In this document: positions 1-8,845 of the stretch, piece by piece
Numbering within the stretch: position 1 is the first letter of the stretch
How the letters are laid out: each line of letters begins with the position of its first letter
Source: Ferroglobus placidus DSM 10642
GTDB lineage: Archaea > Halobacteriota > Archaeoglobi > Archaeoglobales > Archaeoglobaceae
DNA length: 32,000 nucleotides
Direction of reading: 5' to 3'
Assembly: GCF_000025505.1 (NCBI RefSeq)
Contig: NC_013849.1
Location: forward strand, 2,010,001 to 2,042,000
Made by a program: the position numbers and the translations under genes
Notes under the pieces: generated by a model
Seen by the model: the letters and a program-made list of their open reading frames with translations, nothing else
The model's database searches: none
Told to the model about the DNA's origin: nothing

Positions 1-554
1 TCAACTTCCTCGAAGATGAGGAGGTGGACGAACTCCTCGGCTTCCCCTTAGACAAGTGGAAGAAGAAAGCCCACATCAAGAAATACGACCCGAGGGAGGT
101 TTTCATCAGCGACGAAGAACTCATCGAAGCCTATAACGAAGTTGCCGAGAAGTTCCCCGAACTCGAAACCATCCTTAAGCTGATGGTCTTCTCGGGAGTG
201 AGGCTGAAATAGATTCTCGAAGCGCTCGAAACTTTCGACTCAGAGAACGTGGTAAAAGTGAACGGAAAGGTCGCAAGATACCCCATCGCTTCAGCGTCCA
301 AAGGGAAGAAGAAAGCCTTTTGGATGCACTTCCCGGCAGAACTCGAAATTAAACCGATGAACGTAAGTTACCACGTTGCAAGGGAAAAGCTGAACCTCGG
401 AAGAGTTTCGGCTAACTCGATCAGGAAGTGGAACTACAACTTTTTGATCTTGAATGAAGTTCCCGAAAGCGTTGCCGACTTCATTCAGGGAAGGGCGTCG
501 GTAACCGTCGGAAGCTCCCACTACTTAGAAAAAACGAGACAAGCCATAGAATGA
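1..554 (+). pseudogene. Tyrosine recombinase/integrase, 5'-truncated by the window edge, with an in-frame TAG at 210-212
   Basis: The frame is open from position 3. ORFs 24..212 and 249..554 are the same frame (both 0 mod 3), separated only by the TAG. The translation ...LKLMVFSGVRLK*ILEALE...VSANSIRKWNYNF...FIQGRASVTVGSSHYLEKT shows the box-I Arg context (SGVRLK-x-ILEAL), the xxR of box II and the C-terminal H/Y nucleophile region. The family consensus has Glu (GAG) where the TAG sits. Confidence 0.75.
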
Positions 555-556
555 CA

Positions 557-928
557 TCAGCCAACGACGGGAATGCTCACTTCGATCTCATCGTAGGGAA
601 CGACAGGAACCTTTCTTCTCCTCTTACCTTTTTTCTCTTCCACGAATTTGACGAGTCCGAGCATTTCGAGAATTTCCAGATCCTTGATCACGTTCCTCCT
701 GTTCCTCCCCAACAACTTAGCCAGTTCGTAAACGCTTTTCGGATTCTTCTCTTTTATCACGTGCAGAATCTTCAACCTTTCCGGAGTCAGAATTTTTCTG
801 AGCGCTTCGTAACTCTCGAAAACGATTCTCTCGAACTCCACATCCTCTCCTTCATCGATTCTCCTCGCTACCTCCAAAAGTTCCTCCCTACTATCTCTCC
901 TCCCGATCTCAATCCTCAACTTTACCAT
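557..928 (-). CDS. wHTH DNA-binding protein, TumA / HVO_A0114-type putative antitoxin
   Basis: Part of the 138-aa track ORF. The likely true start is ATG at 928-926 (MVKLRIEIGRR...), which overlaps the 3' end of the upstream TumE-like reading frame by 20 nt. The region ...ALRKILTPERLKILHVIKEKNPKSVYELAKLLGRNRRNVIKDLEILEMLGLVKF...VPVVPYDEIEVSI matches the architecture I remember for this family (wHTH followed by a YDEIEV tail). Confidence 0.7.
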   Translation of the reverse strand: MVKLRIEIGRRDSREELLEVARRIDEGEDVEFERIVFESYEALRKILTPERLKILHVIKEKNPKSVYELAKLLGRNRRNVIKDLEILEMLGLVKFVEEKKGKRRRKVPVVPYDEIEVSIPVVG

Positions 929-1219
929 ACAGCACCTCCTCCACGATTTTAACATCCTCGAAGAACCTCTCAATCAGCTTTTCGACGCTTTCAAACTCTA
1001 TTCCCTCCTCTTTATCGAAGAAGTGTCTGTGGTGTCCTTATCCCCTTTCGTTGTCGTAGCCGAGAACTCTCCTGTAGCTTTCGCCTTCAACGTGAACGTA
1101 AGCCATCGAGTACTTCACACCTCGGGAAAATCCTCGGACTTCGGAACCCTTCAAATATTGATCCGAATAATGTCCCCATGATCGTTGACCTCCTTGTAAT
1201 CCACGAGCAATTTTGCCAT
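909..1219 (-). pseudogene. TumE-like (DUF6516-type) toxin gene inactivated by a 1-nt frameshift and an in-frame TAA
   Basis: Read by hand on the minus strand. ATG 1219 gives MAKLLVDYKEVNDHGDIIRINI, then a stop at 1153-1151. After shifting one frame the reading continues (L)KGSEVRGFSRGVKYSMAYVHVEGESYRRVLGYDNERG, TAA (1040-1038), GHHRHFFDKEEGIEFESVEKLIERFFEDVKIVEEVLYGKVED, stop at 911-909. The YDN...G-GHHRH core is the family hallmark as I recall it. The span is 311 nt (312 minus 1), consistent with one T lost from the T-run near 1154-1157. Confidence 0.6.
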
Positions 1220-1221
1220 TC

Positions 1222-1248
1222 AATATGTGTTATGTAAGCACACATATT
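1222..1248. promoter_or_regulatory. 9-bp inverted repeat (AATATGTGT-n9-ACACATATT) just upstream of the TumE-like start; candidate TA operator
   Basis: The arms 1222-1230 and 1240-1248 are perfectly complementary, 3 nt upstream of the ATG at 1219, and are followed by an AT-rich TATA-like stretch. The function is inferred from position only. Confidence 0.3.
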
Positions 1249-1511
1249 TAAAGCTATCGAGTTTAGGCAGCTCCCCCTCGTTATCACCTTAGAACTCGTT
1301 AAGGTTTTGGTGCAAAACTCGTCGCCTAATGTAAGTAAGCTGTAGTATCGCTTTTTGGCTGTTAACTTGACGTCAACGCTTCAATCTTTCCAAGTATTTT
1401 TTAATGTCCAAAAAAATAAATTAAATTAAAAAATTTATCTCTACCCTTAGCGTTCGCATGCCTAACTTGAAATCCCAAACCCTTTTAACCTCTCAATTAA
1501 AATAAGAAAAC

Positions 1512-1694
1512 ATGGATGTCGAGGTTGTGAAGCGAGCAGTCAGAGAGGTTCTGAGAGAAGAGCTTGAGAGGGTTCTCAAAGAAGTAGTTTTAAATCTGAT
1601 TCCCGAAGATGAGCCCGAAGAGGACGAAAAAGAATTCGTGGGGGAAGAAATCTCAGAGAAAGATTACATTCCACTCAAGGAGGTCATGAAGTGA
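1512..1694 (+). CDS. Small acidic antitoxin-like protein paired with the RelE/ParE-type toxin
   Basis: 60-aa ORF whose stop overlaps the GTG start of the downstream toxin gene (GTGA at 1691-1694). It is highly acidic (PEDEPEEDEKEF) with a C-terminal ...EKDYIPLKEV tail. The assignment rests mainly on position and size. Confidence 0.55.
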   Translation: MDVEVVKRAVREVLREELERVLKEVVLNLIPEDEPEEDEKEFVGEEISEKDYIPLKEVMK

Positions 1695-1948
1695 ATGAAG
1701 TCCTTCTTCATAAAAGAGTCGTCAAGTTTCTCGATAAACTCGACAAAAGAAGGAAGGAAAGCATTTTAAAAGTTTTGAAATCTCTTGAAAACTTCCCTTT
1801 AATTAGAGCTGATATAAAGAAGATCGGTAATAGAACATACAGGATGAGAACGGGAGACCTCAGAATAATTTTCGATTACATCAAAGATGAGGATAAGATC
1901 TTCGTCAAATTGGTTGATTTCAGAGGGAAAGTTTATAAGAAAATGTAA
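1691..1948 (+). CDS. Type II toxin, RelE/ParE family
   Basis: 85 aa. ...KKIGNRTYRMRTGDLRIIFDYIKDEDKIFVKLVDFRGKVYK matches the RelE/ParE signature (YR-x-R-x-GDYRIIY ... R..vY). Confidence 0.8.
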   Translation: MNEVLLHKRVVKFLDKLDKRRKESILKVLKSLENFPLIRADIKKIGNRTYRMRTGDLRIIFDYIKDEDKIFVKLVDFRGKVYKKM

Positions 1949-2018
1949 AAAACTCCACCATGCTGGACGGGAACCCGAGGATCGCAACTTTTATTTTTAT
2001 TCGCACGTATGAATCAAT

Positions 2019-2282
<264 letters not shown>

Positions 2283-2304
2283 ATTTTACCCTTCTTTTAT
2301 TCGA

Positions 2305-3030
2305 TTAAGTTGTAACGCTGACAACAGCCAAGCTTATCTCAAAGAATAAAATCATCGGTAAGGCTACCATCAGCTGCGTGAAAACGTCGGGTGGAGTTAT
2401 AACTGCACCGATAACGAAAAAAACTACGTAAAAGTGCCTTCTGTAGTATTTGAACGTGGAAAGGTCTACAATTCCGTTCTTCACGAGGAAATGCATAATT
2501 AAAGGCATTTCAAAAGTCACTCCGAAAACGGCTAACATCAAAACTACGAAGTTTATGAACTCAGCTATCGAGTAGAGAGCCAAAACGCCTTGGGATTGGG
2601 CAATAGAATAAAGAAATTTCAAGAAGAGGGGAAGCATAACGATGTAGCCGTAAGCGACACCCATGAAAAACAAGAGCATCGCGATTATAGCGTACAATAC
2701 CGCTTTACTTTTTGAAATCTCCACGTTCTTTAAAAGCTCAGTTCTTTCCTTCAGGGTTTTGTAGGAGAGGTAAACGATGTATGGTAACGCTGCGAGAAAA
2801 CCGAATATCAGCGAGATTTTAATCTTCAGCATAAGAAGTTCGAGGGGTGCCTGAGTTATCAGCTTAGCCCCTTCTGGGAGCAAATCATTTTCGACTTTCT
2901 CTATAACGTGATCGGCTACGAAGACATAAGACAAAGCCCAAACTACCGCAATTATACCGATAACTTTAATAAGCTTCATTCTCACAGCCACAAGTATTTC
3001 CGCCACGTCCTTCAGCGTTAGTTCAGTCAT
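2305..3030 (-). CDS. tatC: Twin-arginine translocase subunit TatC
   Basis: 241 aa polytopic membrane protein (about 6 TM segments) with the TatC-typical ...GAVITPPDVFTQLM... motif. Confidence 0.85.
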   Translation of the reverse strand: MTELTLKDVAEILVAVRMKLIKVIGIIAVVWALSYVFVADHVIEKVENDLLPEGAKLITQAPLELLMLKIKISLIFGFLAALPYIVYLSYKTLKERTELLKNVEISKSKAVLYAIIAMLLFFMGVAYGYIVMLPLFLKFLYSIAQSQGVLALYSIAEFINFVVLMLAVFGVTFEMPLIMHFLVKNGIVDLSTFKYYRRHFYVVFFVIGAVITPPDVFTQLMVALPMILFFEISLAVVSVTT

Positions 3031-3080
3031 CGATATTCGCTGAAGAACAGAGTATATATACTCTCCGAAGAACTCGTTTT

Positions 3081-4214
3081 ATGCTTCACATGATCGACGG
3101 AGTTCTCTGCGGAGGAGAGAAGAGGGGCAAAATAGGGGTGGGAATAATCGTTTGCGAGGGTAAGATATCTGCTGTCTACACGAAAAACAAGATAAAAGCT
3201 GCTCCGATCAAGTTTAACCTTCAGAATCTCTCCGAAGATGTTAGAGGAATAATCGTAAACAGCGGAAACGCTAATGCGTTTACCGGAGAGGAGGGAGTGA
3301 GAAGAGCTAAAATTATGGCTGAATTCCTCGCTTCAAAGCTGAACTGCGAAGTTAGTAAGGTTGCTGTTGCTTCAACTGGAGTCATTGGAAAACAGCTCGA
3401 AATAGAGGAAATTATAAAAATAGGAGAAAACGTTTTCGGAAAACTTGGAAACGACGAAAAATCTTCCCTTTCATTTGCAAAGGCAATAATGACTACCGAC
3501 AGATTTCCCAAAATGGCTTACTGGGAGGGCGAAGTCAAAATTGCTGGAGTTGCGAAGGGGGCTGGAATGATCTCCCCAAACATGGCTACGATGCTTGCTT
3601 TCATAGTCTCCGATGCCGATCTTCAACCGAGATCTTCAAAGAGAATTTTGAGGAGAGTCGTGGATAGAACTTTCAACCAGGCTGTTGTTGATGGTGATAC
3701 TTCAACCAACGACACCGTCTTTCTGATAACAACCGGAGAAAGGAAAATTTCAGAAAGGTCTTTTGAAAAAGGGCTAGAAAGTGTTTGCGAGGAACTTGCG
3801 AAGCAGATAGTTAAGGACGGTGAGGGGGCTAAAAAGCTCCTTTTGATTAAAGTAACTGGGGCGAGAAATAATAAGGAGGGTTTCAAAGCCGCAAAAGTTG
3901 TAGCCAGCTCTTTACTCGTTAAGACGGCATTTTTCGGAGAGGATCCGAATTTCGGAAGAATCGTTGCTGCTTTAGGCTATTCCGGAGTAGATGTGGACGA
4001 AAAAATCAGCATAACTTTCAGAAGCAAGCTCGGAGAGGTTAAAGTCGTGGAGAGTGGAGAAGTTGTATTGGATGAGCTTTTGGCAAGAAAAGTATTATCA
4101 GCAGAAGAAGTAGAAGTTCTGATAGATTTGCACAAAGGAAACGGGAAAGGACACGCTTTCGGTTGCGATCTCGGCTACGAGTACGTTAGAATAAATTCTG
4201 AATACACGACATGA
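3081..4214 (+). CDS. argJ: Bifunctional ornithine acetyltransferase / N-acetylglutamate synthase ArgJ
   Basis: 377 aa with the self-cleavage motif ...GMISPNMATMLAFIVSDA (ATML), plus DGDTSTNDT and a C-terminal GCDLGYEYVRINSEYTT typical of ArgJ. Confidence 0.9.
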   Translation: MLHMIDGVLCGGEKRGKIGVGIIVCEGKISAVYTKNKIKAAPIKFNLQNLSEDVRGIIVNSGNANAFTGEEGVRRAKIMAEFLASKLNCEVSKVAVASTGVIGKQLEIEEIIKIGENVFGKLGNDEKSSLSFAKAIMTTDRFPKMAYWEGEVKIAGVAKGAGMISPNMATMLAFIVSDADLQPRSSKRILRRVVDRTFNQAVVDGDTSTNDTVFLITTGERKISERSFEKGLESVCEELAKQIVKDGEGAKKLLLIKVTGARNNKEGFKAAKVVASSLLVKTAFFGEDPNFGRIVAALGYSGVDVDEKISITFRSKLGEVKVVESGEVVLDELLARKVLSAEEVEVLIDLHKGNGKGHAFGCDLGYEYVRINSEYTT

Positions 4215-5419
4215 GGTACGTTATAGTTGGGGGAGGAGATATAGGAAGAAGTATAGCAGATTCGTTGAAGGAAGACTACATTATCGTTGAAAAAGATGAG
4301 AAAGTCTATGAGGATCTCATTAAGCGCGGCTACAAAGCTTTGCTCGGCGACGCAACGGACGAGGATTTCATGAAGAAGCTCCAGTTAAAAGGAGCGAAAG
4401 TAATATTAGCGACAAATGATGACGAGACGAACTTGAAAATAGCGGAAATAGCGAGAAAACTCGGAGCGGAGGAGGTCGTGGCGAGAGTGGAGGATGGAAG
4501 CAAAATAGAAGAGTACGCTAAGGCTAAAATAAAAGCCATAGCTTGCGATAAGATTGTTGCCGCCGAGCTAATGCACGAGCTCTCAGAAGGAAGAAAGAGG
4601 TACTTCGAGATAGTCGTTTCTAAAAGAAACTTTGCAGGAAAAAGACTTTCGGAAATAAACATAGGCGAAGGCTGCACGGTGGTCGTTGTTTTCAGAGGGG
4701 GCTTAGCTTACAAGCCGAACCCCGATTTTAAGCTTGAAGAAGGAGACAAGCTTGGGATTATTTGCGGAGAAGAAATAAAAGCGACTAAAAAACCCTTTGA
4801 AGAAATACTCGTAGTCGTTACCGACTCAAAGCAAAGAGAGAATGTATTCACCGAAGCGAGAATGTTCGCTGAAAGGTTCGATGCTGAGCTAATATACCTC
4901 TACAAATCCCACGGATCGATAATGTGCTCTTTAAATGCCGATGAAATAGAGGATATGAGCGTCAACGAGGCTTTTGAGTTGATAAAAGCTTTTGAAGGAA
5001 GAGTGGATTTGATGATAACGAACATCCCCAAGAGCAGAAAGGAACTCGTGTTCCTTGAAAGGTTCCCGGTTCTTCTGGCTAAAGGGAAGGAAGATTACAA
5101 AAACTCTCTCGTCGTCGTGAACACGAGTAAGCCGGAGAAACTCCTGAACTACGCTTCGGCAATTTCGAACTTTTTCGGAGAAACGAAGGTTATCTTCCTC
5201 AATCAGGAGCAGTTGAAAGCTTCTTCTTCTATAATGGAAAGCCCGAAGATGAAAATTTCATTGGCTTCTCACAACCCTCTGGTGGAGGTTATAAGCGAGG
5301 TGAAAAAAGATTACGACCTCGTAATTCTTTCTGCCAAAAACGATGTCGGAAACTTGAGCGAAAACATCCTCTGGAAAATCATAACAAAAACAAGCTCCTC
5401 TGTGATGGTGATCGAATGA
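4211..5419 (+). CDS. RCK/TrkA-type regulatory protein (TrkA-N Rossmann plus TrkA-C) with C-terminal universal-stress-protein-like domains
   Basis: N-terminal MRYVIVGGGDIGRSIA (GxGxxG). A TrkA-C-like segment GKRLSEINIGEGCTVVVVFRGG...EEGDKLGIICGEE. The C-terminal halves resemble USP (ILVVVTDS..., ...DYDLVILSAKNDVGNLSENILWKIITKTSSSVMVIE). ATGA overlaps on both sides. Confidence 0.75.
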   Translation: MRYVIVGGGDIGRSIADSLKEDYIIVEKDEKVYEDLIKRGYKALLGDATDEDFMKKLQLKGAKVILATNDDETNLKIAEIARKLGAEEVVARVEDGSKIEEYAKAKIKAIACDKIVAAELMHELSEGRKRYFEIVVSKRNFAGKRLSEINIGEGCTVVVVFRGGLAYKPNPDFKLEEGDKLGIICGEEIKATKKPFEEILVVVTDSKQRENVFTEARMFAERFDAELIYLYKSHGSIMCSLNADEIEDMSVNEAFELIKAFEGRVDLMITNIPKSRKELVFLERFPVLLAKGKEDYKNSLVVVNTSKPEKLLNYASAISNFFGETKVIFLNQEQLKASSSIMESPKMKISLASHNPLVEVISEVKKDYDLVILSAKNDVGNLSENILWKIITKTSSSVMVIE

Positions 5420-6528
5420 ATGATCTGATAGCGATTTTTCTAATTTCCGGAATAGCTTTTCTATCTCCGTTTATTGCTGAAAGAATTAGAATTCCGGCAG
5501 TCATCCTCGAAATATTGTTCGGTATGATTTTAGCTTCTCTTTACAACATTTTCGGCCTCTCTTGGTTCGAGTTCTTCGCCCTATTGGGTTTAATATTCCT
5601 GATGTTTCTCTCCGGGCTCGAAATTAACTTTTCAATTCTCGAAAAAAGGAAGGACATCGTTTTCGTTTCTCTCCTCTACATTCTCCTGAGTTTTCTGATT
5701 TCCTGTTTGGCTGTGGTGATGCTTAAAGTCCACATTATCTATGCGATATTTTTGACAAACGTTTCCCTCGGACTGGTGGTTCCCGTTTTAAGGGAGAAAA
5801 GGCTTGCTGGAACCGACTTCGGGCAGAGTATTCTCGTGACTACTTTTCTCACGGACTTCCTCACCATGACTCTCTTGTCCATCATAGTGATTTACGAGAA
5901 GTACGAGAGCGTTTCCATGGAATTCTTCCTATCTTTCGGAATAATTCTCCTCTTCTTTCTCTCCTACTTCCTCGGTGAGAGGCTAATCTGGAGGTTTCCG
6001 AATTTCTTTAAGAGGCTTTACGAAGATCCGATGGAGGTGGGGGTTAGGGGAGCTTTCGCCTTAATGATATTCTTTTCTGGAGTCGCAACTCTTTTAGGTT
6101 CGGAAGCCATCCTTGGAGCTTTTCTTGCGGGAGTTCTGGTTTCGGCAGTTTTGAGAGGTTCTGGAACGCTCGGCGGAAAGCTTGAAGCTGTTGGCTACGG
6201 AGTATTCATACCGATATTCTTCCTCAAAGCCGGAGCTGAGCTTTACAGATCTTTGAGCGGCGTTAACTTAATTTTCGTAATCTACCTTACAATAGCCGCC
6301 TTTGCAGTAAAGCTTTTGCCGTCTTTCGTCTTCTTCAAAAAATTCGAGGTTAGGGATGCTATAAAAATAGGAACAATTCAGGTTTCAAAGCTGAGCTTGA
6401 CAGTGGCTGGAGCAGAGATAGCGAGAAGCGCCGGAGTTATAACGAGTTTCGAGGCGGCAAACGTAATCTTTTTCACACTTCTGACAGGATTAATAGCTCC
6501 GACGATATTCAGGGTGATGGTCAAATGA
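5416..6528 (+). CDS. Cation:proton antiporter (CPA2/Kef-type membrane domain)
   Basis: 370 aa, about 11 hydrophobic segments, with Na+/H+-exchanger-like sequence character. It is translationally coupled to the preceding RCK protein, which is the split Kef/RCK arrangement. Confidence 0.75.
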   Translation: MNDLIAIFLISGIAFLSPFIAERIRIPAVILEILFGMILASLYNIFGLSWFEFFALLGLIFLMFLSGLEINFSILEKRKDIVFVSLLYILLSFLISCLAVVMLKVHIIYAIFLTNVSLGLVVPVLREKRLAGTDFGQSILVTTFLTDFLTMTLLSIIVIYEKYESVSMEFFLSFGIILLFFLSYFLGERLIWRFPNFFKRLYEDPMEVGVRGAFALMIFFSGVATLLGSEAILGAFLAGVLVSAVLRGSGTLGGKLEAVGYGVFIPIFFLKAGAELYRSLSGVNLIFVIYLTIAAFAVKLLPSFVFFKKFEVRDAIKIGTIQVSKLSLTVAGAEIARSAGVITSFEAANVIFFTLLTGLIAPTIFRVMVK

Positions 6529-7730
6529 AGATTGCAGTTGTAGGAGCTGGATTAAGCGGACTTAACGCCGCGAGAATACTATCGGAATACGCGAAAGTTG
6601 TCGTTTTCGAAAAGAAAGAGGTGGGTGGATTACTCTCTTCTCTCTGCAACTCCTACTGCGTAGAGAAATTTTACCACCACTGCTTTAAGCAGGACGATTA
6701 CCTTCTCGAAGTTTTGAGAGAGTTAAATCTTCACTCTAAGCTTAAATGGAGGGTAGTCAAAGTGGGGCAGGAGTATGAGGGAAAGATTTATTCTTTAAGC
6801 ACTCCACTCGAAATCTTGAGATACCCGGGTATGAGCTTTTTCGACAAGGTAAAGCTTGCGAAATTTACGATTTCTGCGAAGAAAAAAAATTACGAAGAGT
6901 TTGATAACAAAAGCGTCGTGGAGGGGATTAAAGAGGAGCTTGGGGAAAAACTTTACCGCAGCTTTTTCCTACCGCTCCTTAGATCCAAGTTCGGAGATAA
7001 TTATGAAGAGGTTAGCTACGCTTGGCTTCTTGCAAGAGTGTCTATCAGGAGCAACAGGAAACTAAGGGGAGAGGAGCTCGGTTACCTAAAAGGAGGTTTC
7101 GCTCAGCTCGTCGAGAAGCTTTCGGAAAATCTCGAGATTAAATTCGAGAACGCTAAGATTGAAAAGGGAGGTAAGTGGACTGTTAACGGAGAAAGCTTCG
7201 ATGCCGTAATTTTTACAGCTCCTCTGCCCGAGTTAAACCTAAGTTTCAACCTTCCAGAGATAAAGTTTCAGAGCAGCATATGCGCGCTCATTGCAGCTGA
7301 AGAAAAAGTGACCGAGGACATTTACTGGACGAACTTTACAAACGCTCCCTTTGGAGCGATGATCGAGCACACGAACTTTATGCCTTTCGAGGATTACGGG
7401 GAGCATCTAATATACCTTGCAAGCTACACAACTCCAGAAAAGCTCTACGAAAGGAGCGACGGAGATCTAAAAAGAATTTACTTGTCCTTCCTCGAAAAGT
7501 TCGGATTCAAGGAAGAGTACGTAAAGAAATTTTACGTTTTTCGCGCAAAGTACAGCGGTCCCATCTATGAAAAAGGCTACCTCAAAAAAATAACACCATA
7601 CAAACTTGCTGAAGGGTTTTACTATGCGGGATTGACTTCAGAAACCAATTACCCGGAAAGAAGCATGAACGGAAGCCTGCTTGCCGGAAAGAAAGTTGCT
7701 GAGAAAGTTATAGAAGACCTTCTCTCTTAG
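6525..7730 (+). CDS. FAD/NAD(P)-dependent oxidoreductase (amine-oxidase / protoporphyrinogen-oxidase-like fold)
   Basis: N-terminal dinucleotide-binding motif MKIAVVGAGLSGLNAARIL...VVVFEKKEVGG. The 401-aa length is typical of this superfamily. The substrate is unknown. Confidence 0.65.
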   Translation: MKIAVVGAGLSGLNAARILSEYAKVVVFEKKEVGGLLSSLCNSYCVEKFYHHCFKQDDYLLEVLRELNLHSKLKWRVVKVGQEYEGKIYSLSTPLEILRYPGMSFFDKVKLAKFTISAKKKNYEEFDNKSVVEGIKEELGEKLYRSFFLPLLRSKFGDNYEEVSYAWLLARVSIRSNRKLRGEELGYLKGGFAQLVEKLSENLEIKFENAKIEKGGKWTVNGESFDAVIFTAPLPELNLSFNLPEIKFQSSICALIAAEEKVTEDIYWTNFTNAPFGAMIEHTNFMPFEDYGEHLIYLASYTTPEKLYERSDGDLKRIYLSFLEKFGFKEEYVKKFYVFRAKYSGPIYEKGYLKKITPYKLAEGFYYAGLTSETNYPERSMNGSLLAGKKVAEKVIEDLLS

Positions 7731-8639
7731 CTATCTCGATCTCCAAGTCCAGTTCCGTCTTTATTCCAATTTCGTGAAGTTTCTCGTTAGCTTCAAAAAT
7801 GCTGAACGTGTTTTCCACGTTCTTGGCTAACAACTTGCCGTAAATTTTCCTAAGATCGAGGTAGAATACGAGAGCGTTGAGAATCGACACGTCCATATCA
7901 AACTCACCCCAGAACTTGTACTTGCCGAAGTAACCCTTAGACGCCAGCAGGGGAATTTTGGAAGATTCGGTTTCCACGGAAAAAACGAAATTTTCAAGCT
8001 TTTCCTCCCACTCAACCAAACTCACTCCGAGAATTGCATCGTGATCTTCCGAGAGGTACCTCTCTATTTCGTATCTGCTAAGCTCTCCGTCGCTTCCAAA
8101 CCCCACGATAGCGAGTATCGTACCGAAATCTCTTAGAGAAGCGATTGCAACGGAATCGGCGAGCGGGCTCGTTAAATTCTTCTCGCTTCCCCTCGCTATC
8201 GAATCTCCGCCGGCGTCGACAGCAAAAATTAGATCGAACTCTCGTTCTTCCAAAAATTCTGTAAGAGATTTTCTAAGGTTTTCGGCACCTTTTGTTATGT
8301 CAAGGGCAAGAACTTTCTCTCCTAAAAAACCAGCTACTTTTGAACATATGAGTTCAACTCCGTTTACGGTTTCTCCACCTTTAAGCCATCCGAGGCACTC
8401 GTTTATCCTCTCTACTCCTACTATCTCCTCCAAAGCAGCTGGTCCGGGCTTTTTGTCCCTTCTTATCCTTTCCCAAACAACTCCGCCGAGAACGCATTCG
8501 ATTCTAAACTTTTCTATAAAGTTCTTCACGTAGAGGGCGCTTACAACATCCCCCCACCACCGATTCCAACGACGAGAGCGCTATTCGAATTCTTGAGGAG
8601 ATCTATTAGCTTCACAGCGAAAGAATCCCAAAAATGCAT
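7708..8639 (-). pseudogene. DUF1152-like conserved hypothetical gene split by a -1 frameshift in a C6/G6 homopolymer (8550-8555)
   Basis: The track ORF 7708..8529 starts at an internal GTG. Reading upstream by hand, ATG 8639 gives MHFWDSFAVKLIDLLKNSNSALVVGIGGGG, then ML* in that frame. The downstream frame reads (W)GDVVSALYVKNFIEKF.... One extra G would give ...VVGIGGGGDVVSALYVKN..., a contiguous 310-aa protein with the GxGGGGD motif I associate with DUF1152. Confidence 0.6.
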
Positions 8640-8816
8640 AAAACGGTAACGATCTTATCTTTATCACTATTATCATTTTTAACCCTCGGTATAAATATAA
8701 AACTGCTCCAAATATACTCACTCAATCAGCAATCCTTAAATATGTTGTCGTTCTGTCTTACATTGTCGGACAAAATGTTCCGTTTGGCATCCTATAGGTG
8801 GCGGCGGGAAGGCAAT

Positions 8817-8845
8817 GGAGGGCAGGCATCCTACGCCTGTCCTCC
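8817..8845 (+). promoter_or_regulatory. GC-rich 10-bp stem-loop in the leader of the RHH-ftsZ operon
   Basis: GGAGGGCAGG (8817-8826) pairs with CCTGTCCTCC (8836-8845): 9 Watson-Crick pairs plus one G-T wobble, with the 9-nt loop CATCCTACG. Its 3' arm CCTCC is also complementary to the SD GGAGG at 8867-8871. Confidence 0.4.

Noticed and set aside
210-212. In-frame TAG in the integrase as programmed recoding (pyrrolysine or read-through).
   Set aside because: No Pyl machinery is seen or expected for this lineage. The neighbouring element genes are also decayed, and the codon is one substitution from the consensus Glu codon. Simple nonsense mutation (or a base-call error) is the parsimonious reading.
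551-952. 133-aa plus-strand ORF overlapping the TumA-like gene.
   Set aside because: It is antisense to a gene with a clear wHTH domain, and its own translation has no recognisable features.
1357-1375. GGCTGTTAACTTGAC resembles the IS terminal sequence at 17021-17036 (GCCCTGTCAACTTAAC on the other strand); considered as a solo IS end or MITE.
   Set aside because: Only about 12 of 15 positions match, with a gap, and no transposase-related sequence or second repeat lies nearby. The local 10-bp palindrome TTGACGTCAA (1366-1375) is an equally good explanation, as a protein-binding site. It cannot be distinguished from chance without a search.
1955-1992. CCACCATGCTGGACGGGAACCCGAGGATCGCAAC downstream of the RelE gene, considered as a tRNA fragment or att repeat.
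   Set aside because: It shares only scattered similarity to the tRNA-Ala 3' end (TGGAC...GAACCCG), with no T-loop and no foldable arm. It is followed by a T-rich run, so it more likely belongs to the RelE operon 3' end or terminator region.
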